From an uncultured Candidatus Saccharibacteria bacterium (GTDB lineage Bacteria > Patescibacteriota > Minisyncoccia > Phycocordibacterales > Phycocordibacteraceae): 64,000 nucleotides of DNA. The number at the start of each line of letters is the position of its first letter. The first letter of the stretch is position 1. Shown piece by piece: positions 1 through 10,477 of this stretch. The notes below the pieces were generated by a model. That model worked only from the letters and a program-made list of their open reading frames with translations, was not told the origin of the DNA and did no database searches. Both the position numbers and the translations under genes were made by a program. The DNA is taken from positions 8,356 to 72,355 of the forward strand of contig CAZYRK010000001.1 of assembly GCA_964650475.1 (NCBI GenBank), read 5' to 3'.

Positions 1-1250
1 ATTAATTTGTTTTCATTGTCATTGAGTGGATATCCAAAATCATCTTTTTTATCATAAGTAATCAATGCGTTTAACTTACTGTCATTTATACCAGTCTTTG
101 TTTTTAAATACTTACTCAAAGACTGATCCACCATATATTCAACAATTTGTCTTGGCGTATAAAAACTACCAGTACGTTTACGCTCACTAATTCCTGACGT
201 TTCGTCAATTTCTGCCAATAGATTCTCAAATATTCGCCCAAGCATCTCAGGGTCAACGGATATCTCCTGGTCAATGACAGTATTTTCATCAATGGTAAAG
301 TTATAGTTTTCAAGTATTCCAAAAAAATCCTTAAACCACTTATCAGATATTTTGAGAGTATTTATATGTTTTGATACTCCAAGCTGTATATCAAGGTCAT
401 AATAATCATCATACTGTGGACTAAATAAACCACCGTTCAAATATGGGACTTTGTCATATAAATCACTTTTAATATGTCGATTATCAATCTCTGTGTTCAA
501 AATCTCAAAAAACAATCTCTCTAGCACTTCATGATAATAACCATTATTTACTGCGCCGGAAGAAAGCAGTTCATCCGGTATGAGTTGCCCTCTATCTGAT
601 TTTTTTTGTTTTAGAAACCAGCAAAACATTATGCGCCCTATTAGCCGGACTGCGAAGTTTTTTCTTATATTCACTTCAGCTCCAGAAGGCATATTGAAGA
701 TATTGTTTCCTTCTGAAACCAGCTCGTCAAAATATTTAGCGATAGATAAATAGAATTGTTTATTTACAACATCCAGGGAGAACCTGTTTTGTAAATCTTC
801 AAAATCTTTAACTATGCCCTTCGCGATAAGAAACTTGGTTGGCGTATGTATTTTTGCGTTTTCTCCCAAGAAAAATGAAAAGCGCCGCGGATTGGAGAAT
901 TCTCTTGTCATTTTACCTTTCTCGTTTAAGACCGGCATCATAGTCATAAGTGACAATCTCCAGTCATTGTCTTTATTTGATTTATATACTATCAATGCAC
1001 GCTTCTCGGAATAATCTTTCATAATTCTAAAACCGTCTGTCGCAAGAGCTATGCGCGGATCGTTAATGGAATTATGCATCACTTCAAAGACGGCGAGTTC
1101 CAACTCGTCATCTCTACCAAGTAAATTTACTTCTTTTATTTCTTTCAGATTTTTTACTCCTACTGGGACTACATCTTTACTGAAATTAGGGAGGAAATTA
1201 TTTAAGAACTCAAGAAAATCACTTCGATTATATTCTTTATCTAATCTCAT
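1..1250 (-). CDS. Type IIG/Eco57I-like adenine DNA methyltransferase, 5' part (runs off the left edge; absent from ORF track)
   Basis: Manual translation from ATG at 1250 (MRLDKEYNRSDFLEF...) stays open to the window edge. It contains VPYLNGGLF, YNFTIDEN, DPEMLGRIFENLL and GSFYTPRQIVEYMV, typical of the region before the SAM-binding motif in N6-MTases. The start overlaps the helicase stop (ATGA). Confidence 0.85.
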   Translation of the reverse strand, partial: MRLDKEYNRSDFLEFLNNFLPNFSKDVVPVGVKNLKEIKEVNLLGRDDELELAVFEVMHNSINDPRIALATDGFRIMKDYSEKRALIVYKSNKDNDWRLSLMTMMPVLNEKGKMTREFSNPRRFSFFLGENAKIHTPTKFLIAKGIVKDFEDLQNRFSLDVVNKQFYLSIAKYFDELVSEGNNIFNMPSGAEVNIRKNFAVRLIGRIMFCWFLKQKKSDRGQLIPDELLSSGAVNNGYYHEVLERLFFEILNTEIDNRHIKSDLYDKVPYLNGGLFSPQYDDYYDLDIQLGVSKHINTLKISDKWFKDFFGILENYNFTIDENTVIDQEISVDPEMLGRIFENLLAEIDETSGISERKRTGSFYTPRQIVEYMVDQSLSKYLKTKTGINDSKLNALITYDKKDDFGYPLNDNENKL

Positions 1251-4200
1251 AGTCTTATATCTTCACTTAGGACAACTGTCTCGCCCTCATTCTCTTGTTG
1301 CTCTACGCGATTCATTATTGTAGTTATTTGGTGTTCCGGCATGATTTCTCGGAGCTCATTATACGCATCTTCACTGTTGGACATATCTAATCTGATTATC
1401 CTTTTTAAATCTCCTTCATTAACAGCATCATACTTTTTGATAATGTTATGCAAATCCTTACAATATCCTTTCGCTTGAGGTACTGTGGTTTCTATCAGCT
1501 CAATCACGCCAATAGCATCACCGCGCCTACCCAAAGATGGCAAAAGCGGCGGCTTTGCAAATAAAGTGTTTCGCACCAACTTAAACACCTCATCATATTG
1601 AACGTCTGCCTTTGTGCTTTGTTCATCTACTGTTGCCTTAAAATATTCAAGAGCCTCCGCTGCCGAGGTGATGACCGGTAACTGGTCTGTCGCGCGTTTA
1701 ACTGCAAAAATACTATCGACGCCTTTTTTCCCAAAGGCTATTACTGCAGGATTTTCACTGTTTGTGCGTACAATACGACTTCTCGGGAGTATCTGTAGCG
1801 CTTCGTCAAACACTCCCTTATCTTTTTTGGCATTATTATAATCTTCTTTGTACTTCGCATCCCAGGTCTCTTGCTCGGCGTCTTTGTCAGCATCTTCCAA
1901 CTGTTCTTTAAAGAAACTCTCTAGTTTCTCATCATCTGTGAGTGTTTTTGTATCACTGCCTATAACAGCATTTATCAAACGCATTTTCAATGTAGAGATT
2001 TCTTTAATTCGTATATGTTTTTCTCCTATCATCGTAGGAAAACAATTATATATATGCAATTCATCAAATACTCTTTTATTTATTCTGTTTATGCGTCCAA
2101 TTCTTTGGATTACACGTGTTGGGTTGTACGGTATGTCGTAATTGATAATGATGCCAGCTCTATGGAGATTGTAGCCCTCACTAAGAGCATCTGTAGTTAT
2201 TAAGATGTCATAATCATTATTCTGTTCTTTCTCAGGGACACCTGCATCAAAGTCTTTTCGTATTATTACTTTTGCGGATTGTCCTGTATCTTTTGCCGTA
2301 TATTTAAATATCCTTTTTACACCTCGTTTTTCAAGCTCTGCATATAGATAGTTTACTGTATCTGCATAAGTAGAAAATATAATTATTTTTCTTTTCTTAT
2401 TTTCTTTTAGAAATTCTTCCAGCTTATCCTTTACGGTATCTAGTTTCGGGTCAAAATCATTTTGAGGTGGGCAGTCTTTTGCAAACCAATCATCGTATAT
2501 TTCTTTTAAAACTCTTTTGTCTTGACGGACTTTTTCAATAAACTCATCTTTAAACATTTCTTTCTCTATAGCTATAAGACCAGGCGTTGTTTCCAGTTTT
2601 TCTATTTCTTTTTCTGCTAGTTGCTCATCTATACCATCAGAAACCTCATCATCTGTTGTATTAAGCAGAGTATCCGGATCCGGGATTGCTCCTTTTTTCA
2701 TTATTGGAACCTTACCGAGAATATCCCACCACTGTTCAACAATATTTGTTGAATCTAACATTTTTAAAAGAGTGGAACGAAAAGCATCTTTAGAACTCTC
2801 AAAGCGCGCTACAAGAAGCCGGCGCATAAATTTCGCAAGGTTTGTTTGAGCTGTTTGTAGGTCTTTATCATCAAAATATTCACCGTACTCTTTTAAGAAA
2901 TCTTTCCGTTTGTCTTCCTTAATGTATGTTGTTGGTTTATATCGTGCACCTACGAATCCATTCTCTACACCATTTTCAACTAATTTAGATAGAGTTTTAT
3001 TATACAAATCAAACAGATCTCCCAAATCATAGCTAAGCAATTTCGGTGGTTTTACTTCTGAAAAAACAATATTTTGACGTTTAAGATCTTCCGCATACGT
3101 AGTTATCCTTTTTAGATCTAGACGTGAGCGCCGCACAATAACATTTTCAATTAACCGCCTTAATTCACCAGCAATCTCATCTGCTTCTTTATTTATACCT
3201 TCTTTTTCTAGTTTTCCATTTATGCGAGCCGTGTTAAGTTTTTTATAACGGTCTATCAATTCTCTAAAACGTAAGCTGAGGTTATCTACTGAACGTATTG
3301 TTGATGACCCCGGTATTTGAAATAACTTAACAAGCGCAAATATATCCTTAGGATTGTTATTAAATGGCGTGGCGGTAAGTAATACAATTTTATTATCTTT
3401 GTGTGAATTGCATATGTGGTGCAACAATCGATAATCATTTATGTCTTCATTACGATATCGGTGTGCCTCATCTACGATTATAAGAATCGGTTCATTGCTA
3501 TCTTTGTACTTATCATAGACCTCTTGTATCTTGCCGGAACTGTATACACGAGCACCGGGTAGCTTAAATTCCGCCTGATAATCTTCCCACTGTTCTTTAA
3601 GGTGTGGTGGTGCGATTATTATCACTGGTAATCCAACGTTATAAGCTACTGCCGAAGCTATAATACTCTTCCCAAGACCAACAACATCAGCAAGTATGAG
3701 ACCATTGTATTTATTTAATTTATCTATTGCAATTTTTATTGCTTCTGTTTGATACTCCAAGTCAAAGTACTTATTATTAGTTATTTCTCCCGGTGTTTTT
3801 ATTATTCTTTCTTCTTCATATGAGAACAACTCATGCAAAACTCTTACATATACAGCATATGGACTTGGCCGTGCATATACCCAGAGTTTTTCCTTTATAT
3901 TTTTTAAAAATTCATCTTTATTTTCCTTTGTGGCTATTTCTACATTCTCAGCATCAGCCCATTTTTTCTCAAATCTATCTGTATGTCTTTCGTACACTCC
4001 CTCGTCACTAAGTTTTTCATTAACTTCTTCTTGATTCAATAATCCCTGAAATGTAAAGTTACTGGAGCCCATAAATACAAACCCATGGTTATTATTTACA
4101 TCTTTCACTTCTGATTCGTTGTGAAGTATGTACACTTTGCCATGTGCTTTCTTCGACGTGAGCTTTATCTCCAATGTTCCATTAGCAACTTTTTCTTCAA

Positions 4201-4579
4201 GAACTTTATATGCCCCTTGGCTTTCTGTATTGTCAAATAAAGCAGATTGATTACTTAATTCTATAAATCCTTTAACGTATGTTTGCTTCTTTGCGCTATA
4301 TGATGTTTGCCCGGTTCTAGGTTGGTATGGACTAAGATCAACAGTATCGCCCTCTTGTTTAATCCGCGTTAAAAGCCCCGGTATTGCATCAGGGTCTATA
4401 TATGTACCGACAAGGATACGCACTTGTTTATCTTTTAAAGACTCTGCTAGTAGTTGCCACCCTGAAAAATAGAAGAAAGCAACCTCAATATCTACCCTAT
4501 CAGTATTAGATAATGCACTAATAAGCGCACTGCTCATTGTGATCTCATTATTATCTATAATCTTGGCTGAATTATCCAT
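1247..4579 (-). CDS. PLD-nuclease domain fused to SNF2-family SF2 helicase/ATPase
   Basis: HGKVYI...GSSNFT (PLD HxK-like), LADVVGLGKS (Walker A), DEAH, LTATP, TDALSEGYNL, QRIGRINR. Start chosen at MDNSAK (4579). Confidence 0.88.
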   Translation of the reverse strand: MDNSAKIIDNNEITMSSALISALSNTDRVDIEVAFFYFSGWQLLAESLKDKQVRILVGTYIDPDAIPGLLTRIKQEGDTVDLSPYQPRTGQTSYSAKKQTYVKGFIELSNQSALFDNTESQGAYKVLEEKVANGTLEIKLTSKKAHGKVYILHNESEVKDVNNNHGFVFMGSSNFTFQGLLNQEEVNEKLSDEGVYERHTDRFEKKWADAENVEIATKENKDEFLKNIKEKLWVYARPSPYAVYVRVLHELFSYEEERIIKTPGEITNNKYFDLEYQTEAIKIAIDKLNKYNGLILADVVGLGKSIIASAVAYNVGLPVIIIAPPHLKEQWEDYQAEFKLPGARVYSSGKIQEVYDKYKDSNEPILIIVDEAHRYRNEDINDYRLLHHICNSHKDNKIVLLTATPFNNNPKDIFALVKLFQIPGSSTIRSVDNLSLRFRELIDRYKKLNTARINGKLEKEGINKEADEIAGELRRLIENVIVRRSRLDLKRITTYAEDLKRQNIVFSEVKPPKLLSYDLGDLFDLYNKTLSKLVENGVENGFVGARYKPTTYIKEDKRKDFLKEYGEYFDDKDLQTAQTNLAKFMRRLLVARFESSKDAFRSTLLKMLDSTNIVEQWWDILGKVPIMKKGAIPDPDTLLNTTDDEVSDGIDEQLAEKEIEKLETTPGLIAIEKEMFKDEFIEKVRQDKRVLKEIYDDWFAKDCPPQNDFDPKLDTVKDKLEEFLKENKKRKIIIFSTYADTVNYLYAELEKRGVKRIFKYTAKDTGQSAKVIIRKDFDAGVPEKEQNNDYDILITTDALSEGYNLHRAGIIINYDIPYNPTRVIQRIGRINRINKRVFDELHIYNCFPTMIGEKHIRIKEISTLKMRLINAVIGSDTKTLTDDEKLESFFKEQLEDADKDAEQETWDAKYKEDYNNAKKDKGVFDEALQILPRSRIVRTNSENPAVIAFGKKGVDSIFAVKRATDQLPVITSAAEALEYFKATVDEQSTKADVQYDEVFKLVRNTLFAKPPLLPSLGRRGDAIGVIELIETTVPQAKGYCKDLHNIIKKYDAVNEGDLKRIIRLDMSNSEDAYNELREIMPEHQITTIMNRVEQQENEGETVVLSEDIRL

Positions 4580-5060
4580 AATTACACCATATAATAACAT
4601 TTTCCTTGTTATTATAATAATTTAATTTTACTTATATAAATTCCATTCTCTATGGAGATTTATCAAAAAAAATTAGTTATTATAACTGATTTACAATATT
4701 TCAGCTTTATTTGTATTCAGTTTTTAAAAAGACATAACTACTACAATGGGTGTAACTAAACATAATTTACACATATTTTATATGTTTTTGCATAACTCAG
4801 AAGTATTTATTTACTTCCAAAACATCTAAATTTTTTTTAGAAACTTGTTAAGGACTCCTTACTTACGTTCGTTACAAACATACTATATATTACTAGGCGG
4901 AGTTTTTTGTTAAGAATATTTTTGACCTAAACGTGAGACTTGCAGAAAAAGTATCACAAATGGTTAAATTAAAAATTCAATTCAAAATATATAACCTGTT
5001 CTTGCTTGACCTTTTTTTGTTGTTCTTGAACACTTTTATAAAAAGTTTTACAAAATACAA

Positions 5061-5095
5061 TCAGTCCGGCAGCATCTGCAATGCCGCCGGACTGA
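5061..5095. terminator. GC-rich hairpin downstream of fic (probable intrinsic terminator)
   Basis: TCAGTCCGGC...GCCGGACTGA inverted repeat. Confidence 0.55.
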
Positions 5096-5166
5096 AAACC
5101 AAACAAATAAGACGCTTTATCAGCTTGGTCTCAAGCTGCTGTTCAGATTAGCGAGCCGTTTGTTAA

Positions 5167-6312
5167 TTATTTAGTTTCTCCTTTTAAGGGCAGAAAATCA
5201 TTCTCATCGAGCGCGCGCATTATTCCACGCAACAGATATCCGTTTGATATTTTAATCATATATTTGCGCGACTTCTTCTTAATTGGGATAATAAGTTTAT
5301 TATTTCTCATACTGCGTAAAAAACGAGATATTTCAGTATGTGCTGTGTTCTCCGGAAACAAATGTTTTATGTCCGACGCTTGAAATTCGGTCTTTTCAAT
5401 CGCAATAACCAACACCTTCTTTTCTTTTTCATTTATCACCTTTCTTTCTTTGGCATATTCAATTGCTTTGTATAAAATATTTTCTTTAAGAAAATTGTAA
5501 TCCGCCAATTTATCAATTTTTGCAATTTCTTTTGATAAACCCTTTAACACATATTCCGACCAAGCAAGCACATCTTCATCTTTACCTGAATCAGCCGTCT
5601 CTAACATGTCATAGTATTTATTTCTATCACTACAAAATACTGCGGTTGGGTTTATAAGTCGTCCTTTTTCCAAATTAAACCCTTGCCTTATAAGCATGGC
5701 GTATGTCAAAGCTCGCACAGTACGACCGTTTCCGTTACCAAACGGGTGTATCCATGCAAAACGATGGTGTACAATCGCTGTTTTTAGCAAATCAAATTGT
5801 GGGTCATTTTTGTTATTTATAAAACCCATAAGTTCTTCCATATAACCCGGCACTTGTAAATGGTCCGGCGGGGTGTATTTAGATTTATTTATTGCCACAT
5901 TATGCGTACGGTATTGACCCGGGGTCGTATCACCCTCACGGGTAAGATTATTTACAATAATCTTTTGTATCTCACGTATGAACATGTGATTTATAGGCAT
6001 TGTTGCGCTATTTTCTTCTACAAAACCCATGACACGTTCATTGTTTTGAATTTCAAGAATACCTTCTGGCGGATTTTTTTCAGGAGTTATTTTACTCTCA
6101 ACATATTCAGCAATTGTTGTTCTGTTACCCTCAATACGCGTTGACCCAATACTTTCAAGTAAATGGAAAATCTCTTTAAGCTGAAAAAAAATGGTAGAAG
6201 GGGTGGTTCCGCCAAGTCGTGAATGTCGCATTCTGTCAAGCTCGAGTATAAGCTTGGTCAATTCTGAGCCAAATTTCGGCTCCGGAAGATGTAATTTATT
6301 ATAAGAAGACAT
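5167..6312 (-). CDS. Fic-family protein (class II, N-terminal autoinhibitory motif)
   Basis: HPFGNGNGRTVR Fic motif; STRIEGN matches (S/T)xxxE(G/N). Confidence 0.92.
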   Translation of the reverse strand: MSSYNKLHLPEPKFGSELTKLILELDRMRHSRLGGTTPSTIFFQLKEIFHLLESIGSTRIEGNRTTIAEYVESKITPEKNPPEGILEIQNNERVMGFVEENSATMPINHMFIREIQKIIVNNLTREGDTTPGQYRTHNVAINKSKYTPPDHLQVPGYMEELMGFINNKNDPQFDLLKTAIVHHRFAWIHPFGNGNGRTVRALTYAMLIRQGFNLEKGRLINPTAVFCSDRNKYYDMLETADSGKDEDVLAWSEYVLKGLSKEIAKIDKLADYNFLKENILYKAIEYAKERKVINEKEKKVLVIAIEKTEFQASDIKHLFPENTAHTEISRFLRSMRNNKLIIPIKKKSRKYMIKISNGYLLRGIMRALDENDFLPLKGETK

Positions 6313-6526
6313 GTAACAAATCTAAATTAAAGATGTAACATAATACTAGCAAGACCCCTTGTTTTAAGCAATTTTATACACAGTGTATTAAAAATAGATG
6401 TAACATCGCATGTTCACGACAAGTAACAATCGTTCCAAACAAAATGCCCCAAACTGCCTTTTCATTCTCAATCTCAATCCGTTTGTTTGATTGTCTAGTG
6501 TAACAAAACAACACAAAACTACCCTG

Positions 6527-6874
6527 CCGGCGGTTCGACTCCCACAAACGGTGCGAAGGCACCGTTTTCGTATGCTCACAATATATTCTAAAACGAAAAA
6601 CTCCTGTCGGAGTTTTTCGTTAAGAATGTTTTTGTGACCCTACGGGGATTGATCCTGACGGTCACTAAGCTCGCGAGCTCGCTAAGTGCCGCGGGACACG
6701 CCTCGTCTGTCGCTTTCTTCGCTCAGCCAGCTTCACTTGTAGCGACATGACTCCGGCGGTTCGACTCCCACAAACGGTGCGAAGGCACCGTTTTCGTATG
6801 CTCACAATATATTCTAAAACAAAAAACTCCTGACGGAGTTTTTCGTTAAGAATGTTTTTGTGACCCTACGGGGA
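6527..6874. repeat. 122-bp direct repeat (6527-6648 and 6753-6874) including the last 15 bp of tRNA-Glu
   Basis: Near-identical copies CCGGCGGTTCGACTCCC...GTGACCCTACGGGGA, period 226 bp. Confidence 0.95.
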
Positions 6875-6932
6875 GTCGAACCCCGATTACCACCGTGAGA
6901 GGGTGATGTCCTAGCCATTAGACGATAGGGCC
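6861..6932 (-). tRNA. tRNA-Glu (CTC), CCA not encoded
   Basis: Reverse complement GGCCCTATCGTCTAATGGCTAGGACATCACC-CTCTCAC-GGTGGTAATCGGGGTTCGACTCCCCGTAGGGTCA folds as a cloverleaf. Confidence 0.95.
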
Positions 6933-7136
6933 TGTTTTTCTATTTTTTGTGTGCGTTTTATGTGCGATTGGAGCGCAATTTTCTAACTTTCGGAGCACAT
7001 ACCGATAAAATACTTATACCAGAAAACTGCTGTTGGTGCCAGACATGTCAAAAATAAAAACGGCTTTTTTGATACGTACTTCCCTCTTTTTTAACCGTTA
7101 TCTGTATAACTTTTTGTGTAACTTAATTCCAAAAAA

Positions 7137-8426
7137 TTACTTCTGTCGCCACTCGCGCTCCTGGCGAACAAGGTTTTTAATATCCGAGGAGTCTGCTAGA
7201 AGTGCTTTTACAATATACTCCGTACGTACACTTTGCGAACCTTTCACAAGGAATACGTCTCCTGCCTGCGCCAGCTGTGTTATCGGCTGTATAGCGTCTT
7301 TGGCGGTATCAAAAGTATATACATTTTCTTTCGAAAGCCCGGCTTCGCGCGCGGAGTCTGCGACTCCGCGCGCGCGCACACCAACAGTGACAACGATATC
7401 CGCAACTTCAGCTACCAGCTTCCCCGCTCGCTGATGCTCTTCCACAGAATAGCGACCAAGCTCTAGCATGTCGCCCAAAATTGCAATCTTACGTTTTGCT
7501 TGTGTAAGAGTACGCAATGTATTGAGTGCTTCATCGACTGCGGAAGGAGAAGCGTTGTACGAATCATCGATAATGCAAGAATTGTTTATTCCACGGAAAA
7601 TTCTACCTCGACCTGGTGGCGGAACATGTCCTTTAAGACCTGAAAAAGCATCTTCAAGAGAAACGTTAAGCGCGCGAGCCACTGCGAGCGCAACAGCAGA
7701 TGGAGCAAGCTGTTGTCTACCTATCGACCCGCGAACCACCAAAGAGTGCGTACCACCATCAATGCAGACATCCGCTTGCATTCCGGCAATATGACCGTCT
7801 TCCATAAAAGTACGGATATTTGAAAGCTTAACATCGGCATCGTTTTCTATGCTGTACGTAATAACGCGCGCCGGTAGGCGCGCGGACATTGTTACTGCAT
7901 ATTTATCATCTGCGGAAACAATGAGCGGTGCTGATGGAGCGAGTGCGTATGCCGGAGCGAACTCTTCGTCACGTACAGACTGCGTTGTCGGATAAGCCTC
8001 AACATGAACAGGAACTTCAGGTAGGCGTGTCACAACAACAACGTCAGGAGTAACGATACGTAAAATATGCTCTAAGTCTCCGGGTCTGTCCGCTCCGACC
8101 TCAAGCACCAACATTTTAGGATAATGGTTTGGCAAAACCAGCACTGCTAGCGCTTCAAAAAAAACTTTTATCCACGCAAACAAATTTCCCCACGGATTTT
8201 TGGAACCGATGATAGTGAGAGGTACTCCAAATTCACTGTTGTAACTTTTCTCACTCTTTCGCAAAAAGAAGCTGTTTGAAAGTGCTGTTGCAATAGCATC
8301 TTTGGTAGAAGTTTTTCCAACACTTCCGGTAACCATAATTATTCGCGGATTGTACTTGCGTATAATTCCACGCGAAAGAACTGCTAAAAATGAAGCGACT
8401 ATACTGCGTCCAAAACTTTTTATCAT
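7137..8426 (-). CDS. murF: UDP-MurNAc-tripeptide--D-Ala-D-Ala ligase
   Basis: VTGSVGKTSTKD, DDSYNASP, LGDMLELG, LVKGSQ; follows ftsI. Confidence 0.9.
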   Translation of the reverse strand: MIKSFGRSIVASFLAVLSRGIIRKYNPRIIMVTGSVGKTSTKDAIATALSNSFFLRKSEKSYNSEFGVPLTIIGSKNPWGNLFAWIKVFFEALAVLVLPNHYPKMLVLEVGADRPGDLEHILRIVTPDVVVVTRLPEVPVHVEAYPTTQSVRDEEFAPAYALAPSAPLIVSADDKYAVTMSARLPARVITYSIENDADVKLSNIRTFMEDGHIAGMQADVCIDGGTHSLVVRGSIGRQQLAPSAVALAVARALNVSLEDAFSGLKGHVPPPGRGRIFRGINNSCIIDDSYNASPSAVDEALNTLRTLTQAKRKIAILGDMLELGRYSVEEHQRAGKLVAEVADIVVTVGVRARGVADSAREAGLSKENVYTFDTAKDAIQPITQLAQAGDVFLVKGSQSVRTEYIVKALLADSSDIKNLVRQEREWRQK

Positions 8427-10147
8427 AGTGTGTGTACGGCAACTCCGCGATCAGGCGGTATGTTGTAATAATTTATAAGAAAATGAGTAAGATCCATAAA
8501 ACTCGATGTAAGCGTTTCCGCAGAATACATAACATTCTGGGGGTCATCCGTATACAGAAGAATAATAAACCTAGGAGCGTAACTTGGAAAGAACCCAACA
8601 AAAGAGTGAAAGAAACGGGCTTTATAATACCCTCCTGTAGGTTTCGTAAGCTGTGCTGTGCCGGTCTTAACGGCGACCGACATTGTAGGTATTTTTGCTC
8701 GTCCGTGACTAAGTTCGGTATCCATCAATGCGTCCATCATTGTCGTTGTCTCTTGAGAAGCTTTAGCGGAAAACACTCGTGTCTTGGTACTCCAGTCTGG
8801 ATACTGAAGTTTTCCAGACTGGAGTATTTTATCATGCATTAGGTGTGGATCTACCATTACGCCATTATTTGCCAAGGCACCTAGTGCGCGAATCATTTGC
8901 ATCGGAGTAACGGCAACACCTTGACCGAAAGCGGCTGTGTCATACTCGAGCTGTCGGGTACTCTTTAAATTTCCAATCATTGCTCCGGTTTCGTTTGGTA
9001 GATCAATTCCTGTCGTATGTCCGAAAAGCTTAGTGAAGTACGCGCGCTGTTTACTGTGCCCAAGCTGTGTTGCAACCCACGAAGCTCCGACATTAAGCGA
9101 CTGTACTATTATCTGCTCCATAGGAATAACTCCGCGAGCCTTATAATCCCAATTGCAAATACGGGCTCTGTTTACAACAATACAACCGGTATCGTCGTAG
9201 GTCGATGCGGGGGTTATCACTCCAGCGTCGAGTGCAGATGCCATTGTGAGCGGTTTGAATATGGAACCAAATTCATATATATGTTCAACAAGAGGATTCG
9301 CAAGTATTGAGAGTTTGGTAGAAGAAAAATTATTGGGATCAAACGTCGGCACACTGCCGAGGGCTACAATCTCTCCTGTTGAAGGAATCATTATAATACC
9401 TCCTGTCTCTTTACTGTGATATTTCTTTTGGACTCTCGTAATATCATCCATCAGTCTCTGCTCTACTTCCGGCTCGATTGTAGTTACAATATCGCCCTGT
9501 CTGGAAGCTCCCGCATTTACAAAAACATCACCCAGATTGGAAAACAGTTGTGCAAAAAAGTTTCGATACGTGGCACCGGTACGTTCTAGAGTACTTTCAT
9601 AATACCGTTCGAGACCATATCTTCCACGAAGAGTGGCATCATTGTCGTACGCAACAAAACCGACGGCATGCGCGGCAAGTGTCTTGCCTGGATACACTCT
9701 CCAACGATCTCTCACAACAGATACTCCTGTGATATCTTGCTCTGACAACGCTATTCCTGCTTTCTGTGAAATATGTCGCGCCACTTCTTCATGTGGGTCA
9801 TTCTTTTTTGCAACCAGAGCAAAAAATTTATCACGTTTAATCGGAGTAATTGCATTAATTGCGTTATACGCAACATTCGGTCTTTTTAAACGTTTTGGAT
9901 TAATCACTATAGTAAAACCTGTTTCCAAAGTTGCGGCAGCAATATGTGTTCCGTCTTTACGCGTAAAATAAATAGACCCCCTATCATATAGGGCGCCCAT
10001 ATTTGCGGTGTATTGTTTCTGTGCAATCTCACGATATTCATCACCTCTAATTATTTGTATAAAAAAGAGCTTTCCTACAAGCACTATCGCAACAAGCCCT
10101 AAAAAACCGAGCAGTATGCGGAGTCGAAATCGAAACGTGGCGCGCAT
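8423..10147 (-). CDS. ftsI: Class B penicillin-binding protein (FtsI-like)
   Basis: N-terminal TM; SIFK, SLN and KTGT motifs; dcw position. Confidence 0.85.
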   Translation of the reverse strand: MRATFRFRLRILLGFLGLVAIVLVGKLFFIQIIRGDEYREIAQKQYTANMGALYDRGSIYFTRKDGTHIAAATLETGFTIVINPKRLKRPNVAYNAINAITPIKRDKFFALVAKKNDPHEEVARHISQKAGIALSEQDITGVSVVRDRWRVYPGKTLAAHAVGFVAYDNDATLRGRYGLERYYESTLERTGATYRNFFAQLFSNLGDVFVNAGASRQGDIVTTIEPEVEQRLMDDITRVQKKYHSKETGGIIMIPSTGEIVALGSVPTFDPNNFSSTKLSILANPLVEHIYEFGSIFKPLTMASALDAGVITPASTYDDTGCIVVNRARICNWDYKARGVIPMEQIIVQSLNVGASWVATQLGHSKQRAYFTKLFGHTTGIDLPNETGAMIGNLKSTRQLEYDTAAFGQGVAVTPMQMIRALGALANNGVMVDPHLMHDKILQSGKLQYPDWSTKTRVFSAKASQETTTMMDALMDTELSHGRAKIPTMSVAVKTGTAQLTKPTGGYYKARFFHSFVGFFPSYAPRFIILLYTDDPQNVMYSAETLTSSFMDLTHFLINYYNIPPDRGVAVHTL

Positions 10148-10162
10148 ATATATAAAATCAAA

Positions 10163-10477
10163 CTATCTGGTGCGCATTGAAACTGCTGTTTGTGTGTTTG
10201 TTATATAAGCAATACTTGAAGGCTTTTCGAATCCAAGCGATTCAGGTTTTATATCACTAAGCTTTGCAACGGTATCAAAATACTCCGCATCAAGAGTTGC
10301 AACATGTGCGCTTGTGTCTCGAACAGCTTCTGCAGACTGTATCTGTATTACACCGTAAGTCATTACGAAAGATAGGACTCCTATATAGACCACAAGCAAC
10401 ACGCCAACAAGTATTGAAAACGCTCGAACAAATTGAATGTCTGCGATTTTTGCGACTGGATTTGAAAAATTATACAT
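10163..10477 (-). CDS. FtsL-like small bitopic membrane protein
   Basis: One TM helix plus predicted coiled coil and AxxLG-like PESLGF; lies between rsmH and ftsI. Confidence 0.6.
   Translation of the reverse strand: MYNFSNPVAKIADIQFVRAFSILVGVLLVVYIGVLSFVMTYGVIQIQSAEAVRDTSAHVATLDAEYFDTVAKLSDIKPESLGFEKPSSIAYITNTQTAVSMRTR

Noticed and set aside
4933-5151. 72-aa ORF between helicase and fic, and short ORFs at 6374-6579
   Set aside because: They have no motifs or initiation signals and overlap hairpin/repeat DNA.
1-6932. Prophage or complete integrative element
   Set aside because: No integrase, transposase or phage structural gene is visible; only att-like tRNA-end duplications are.
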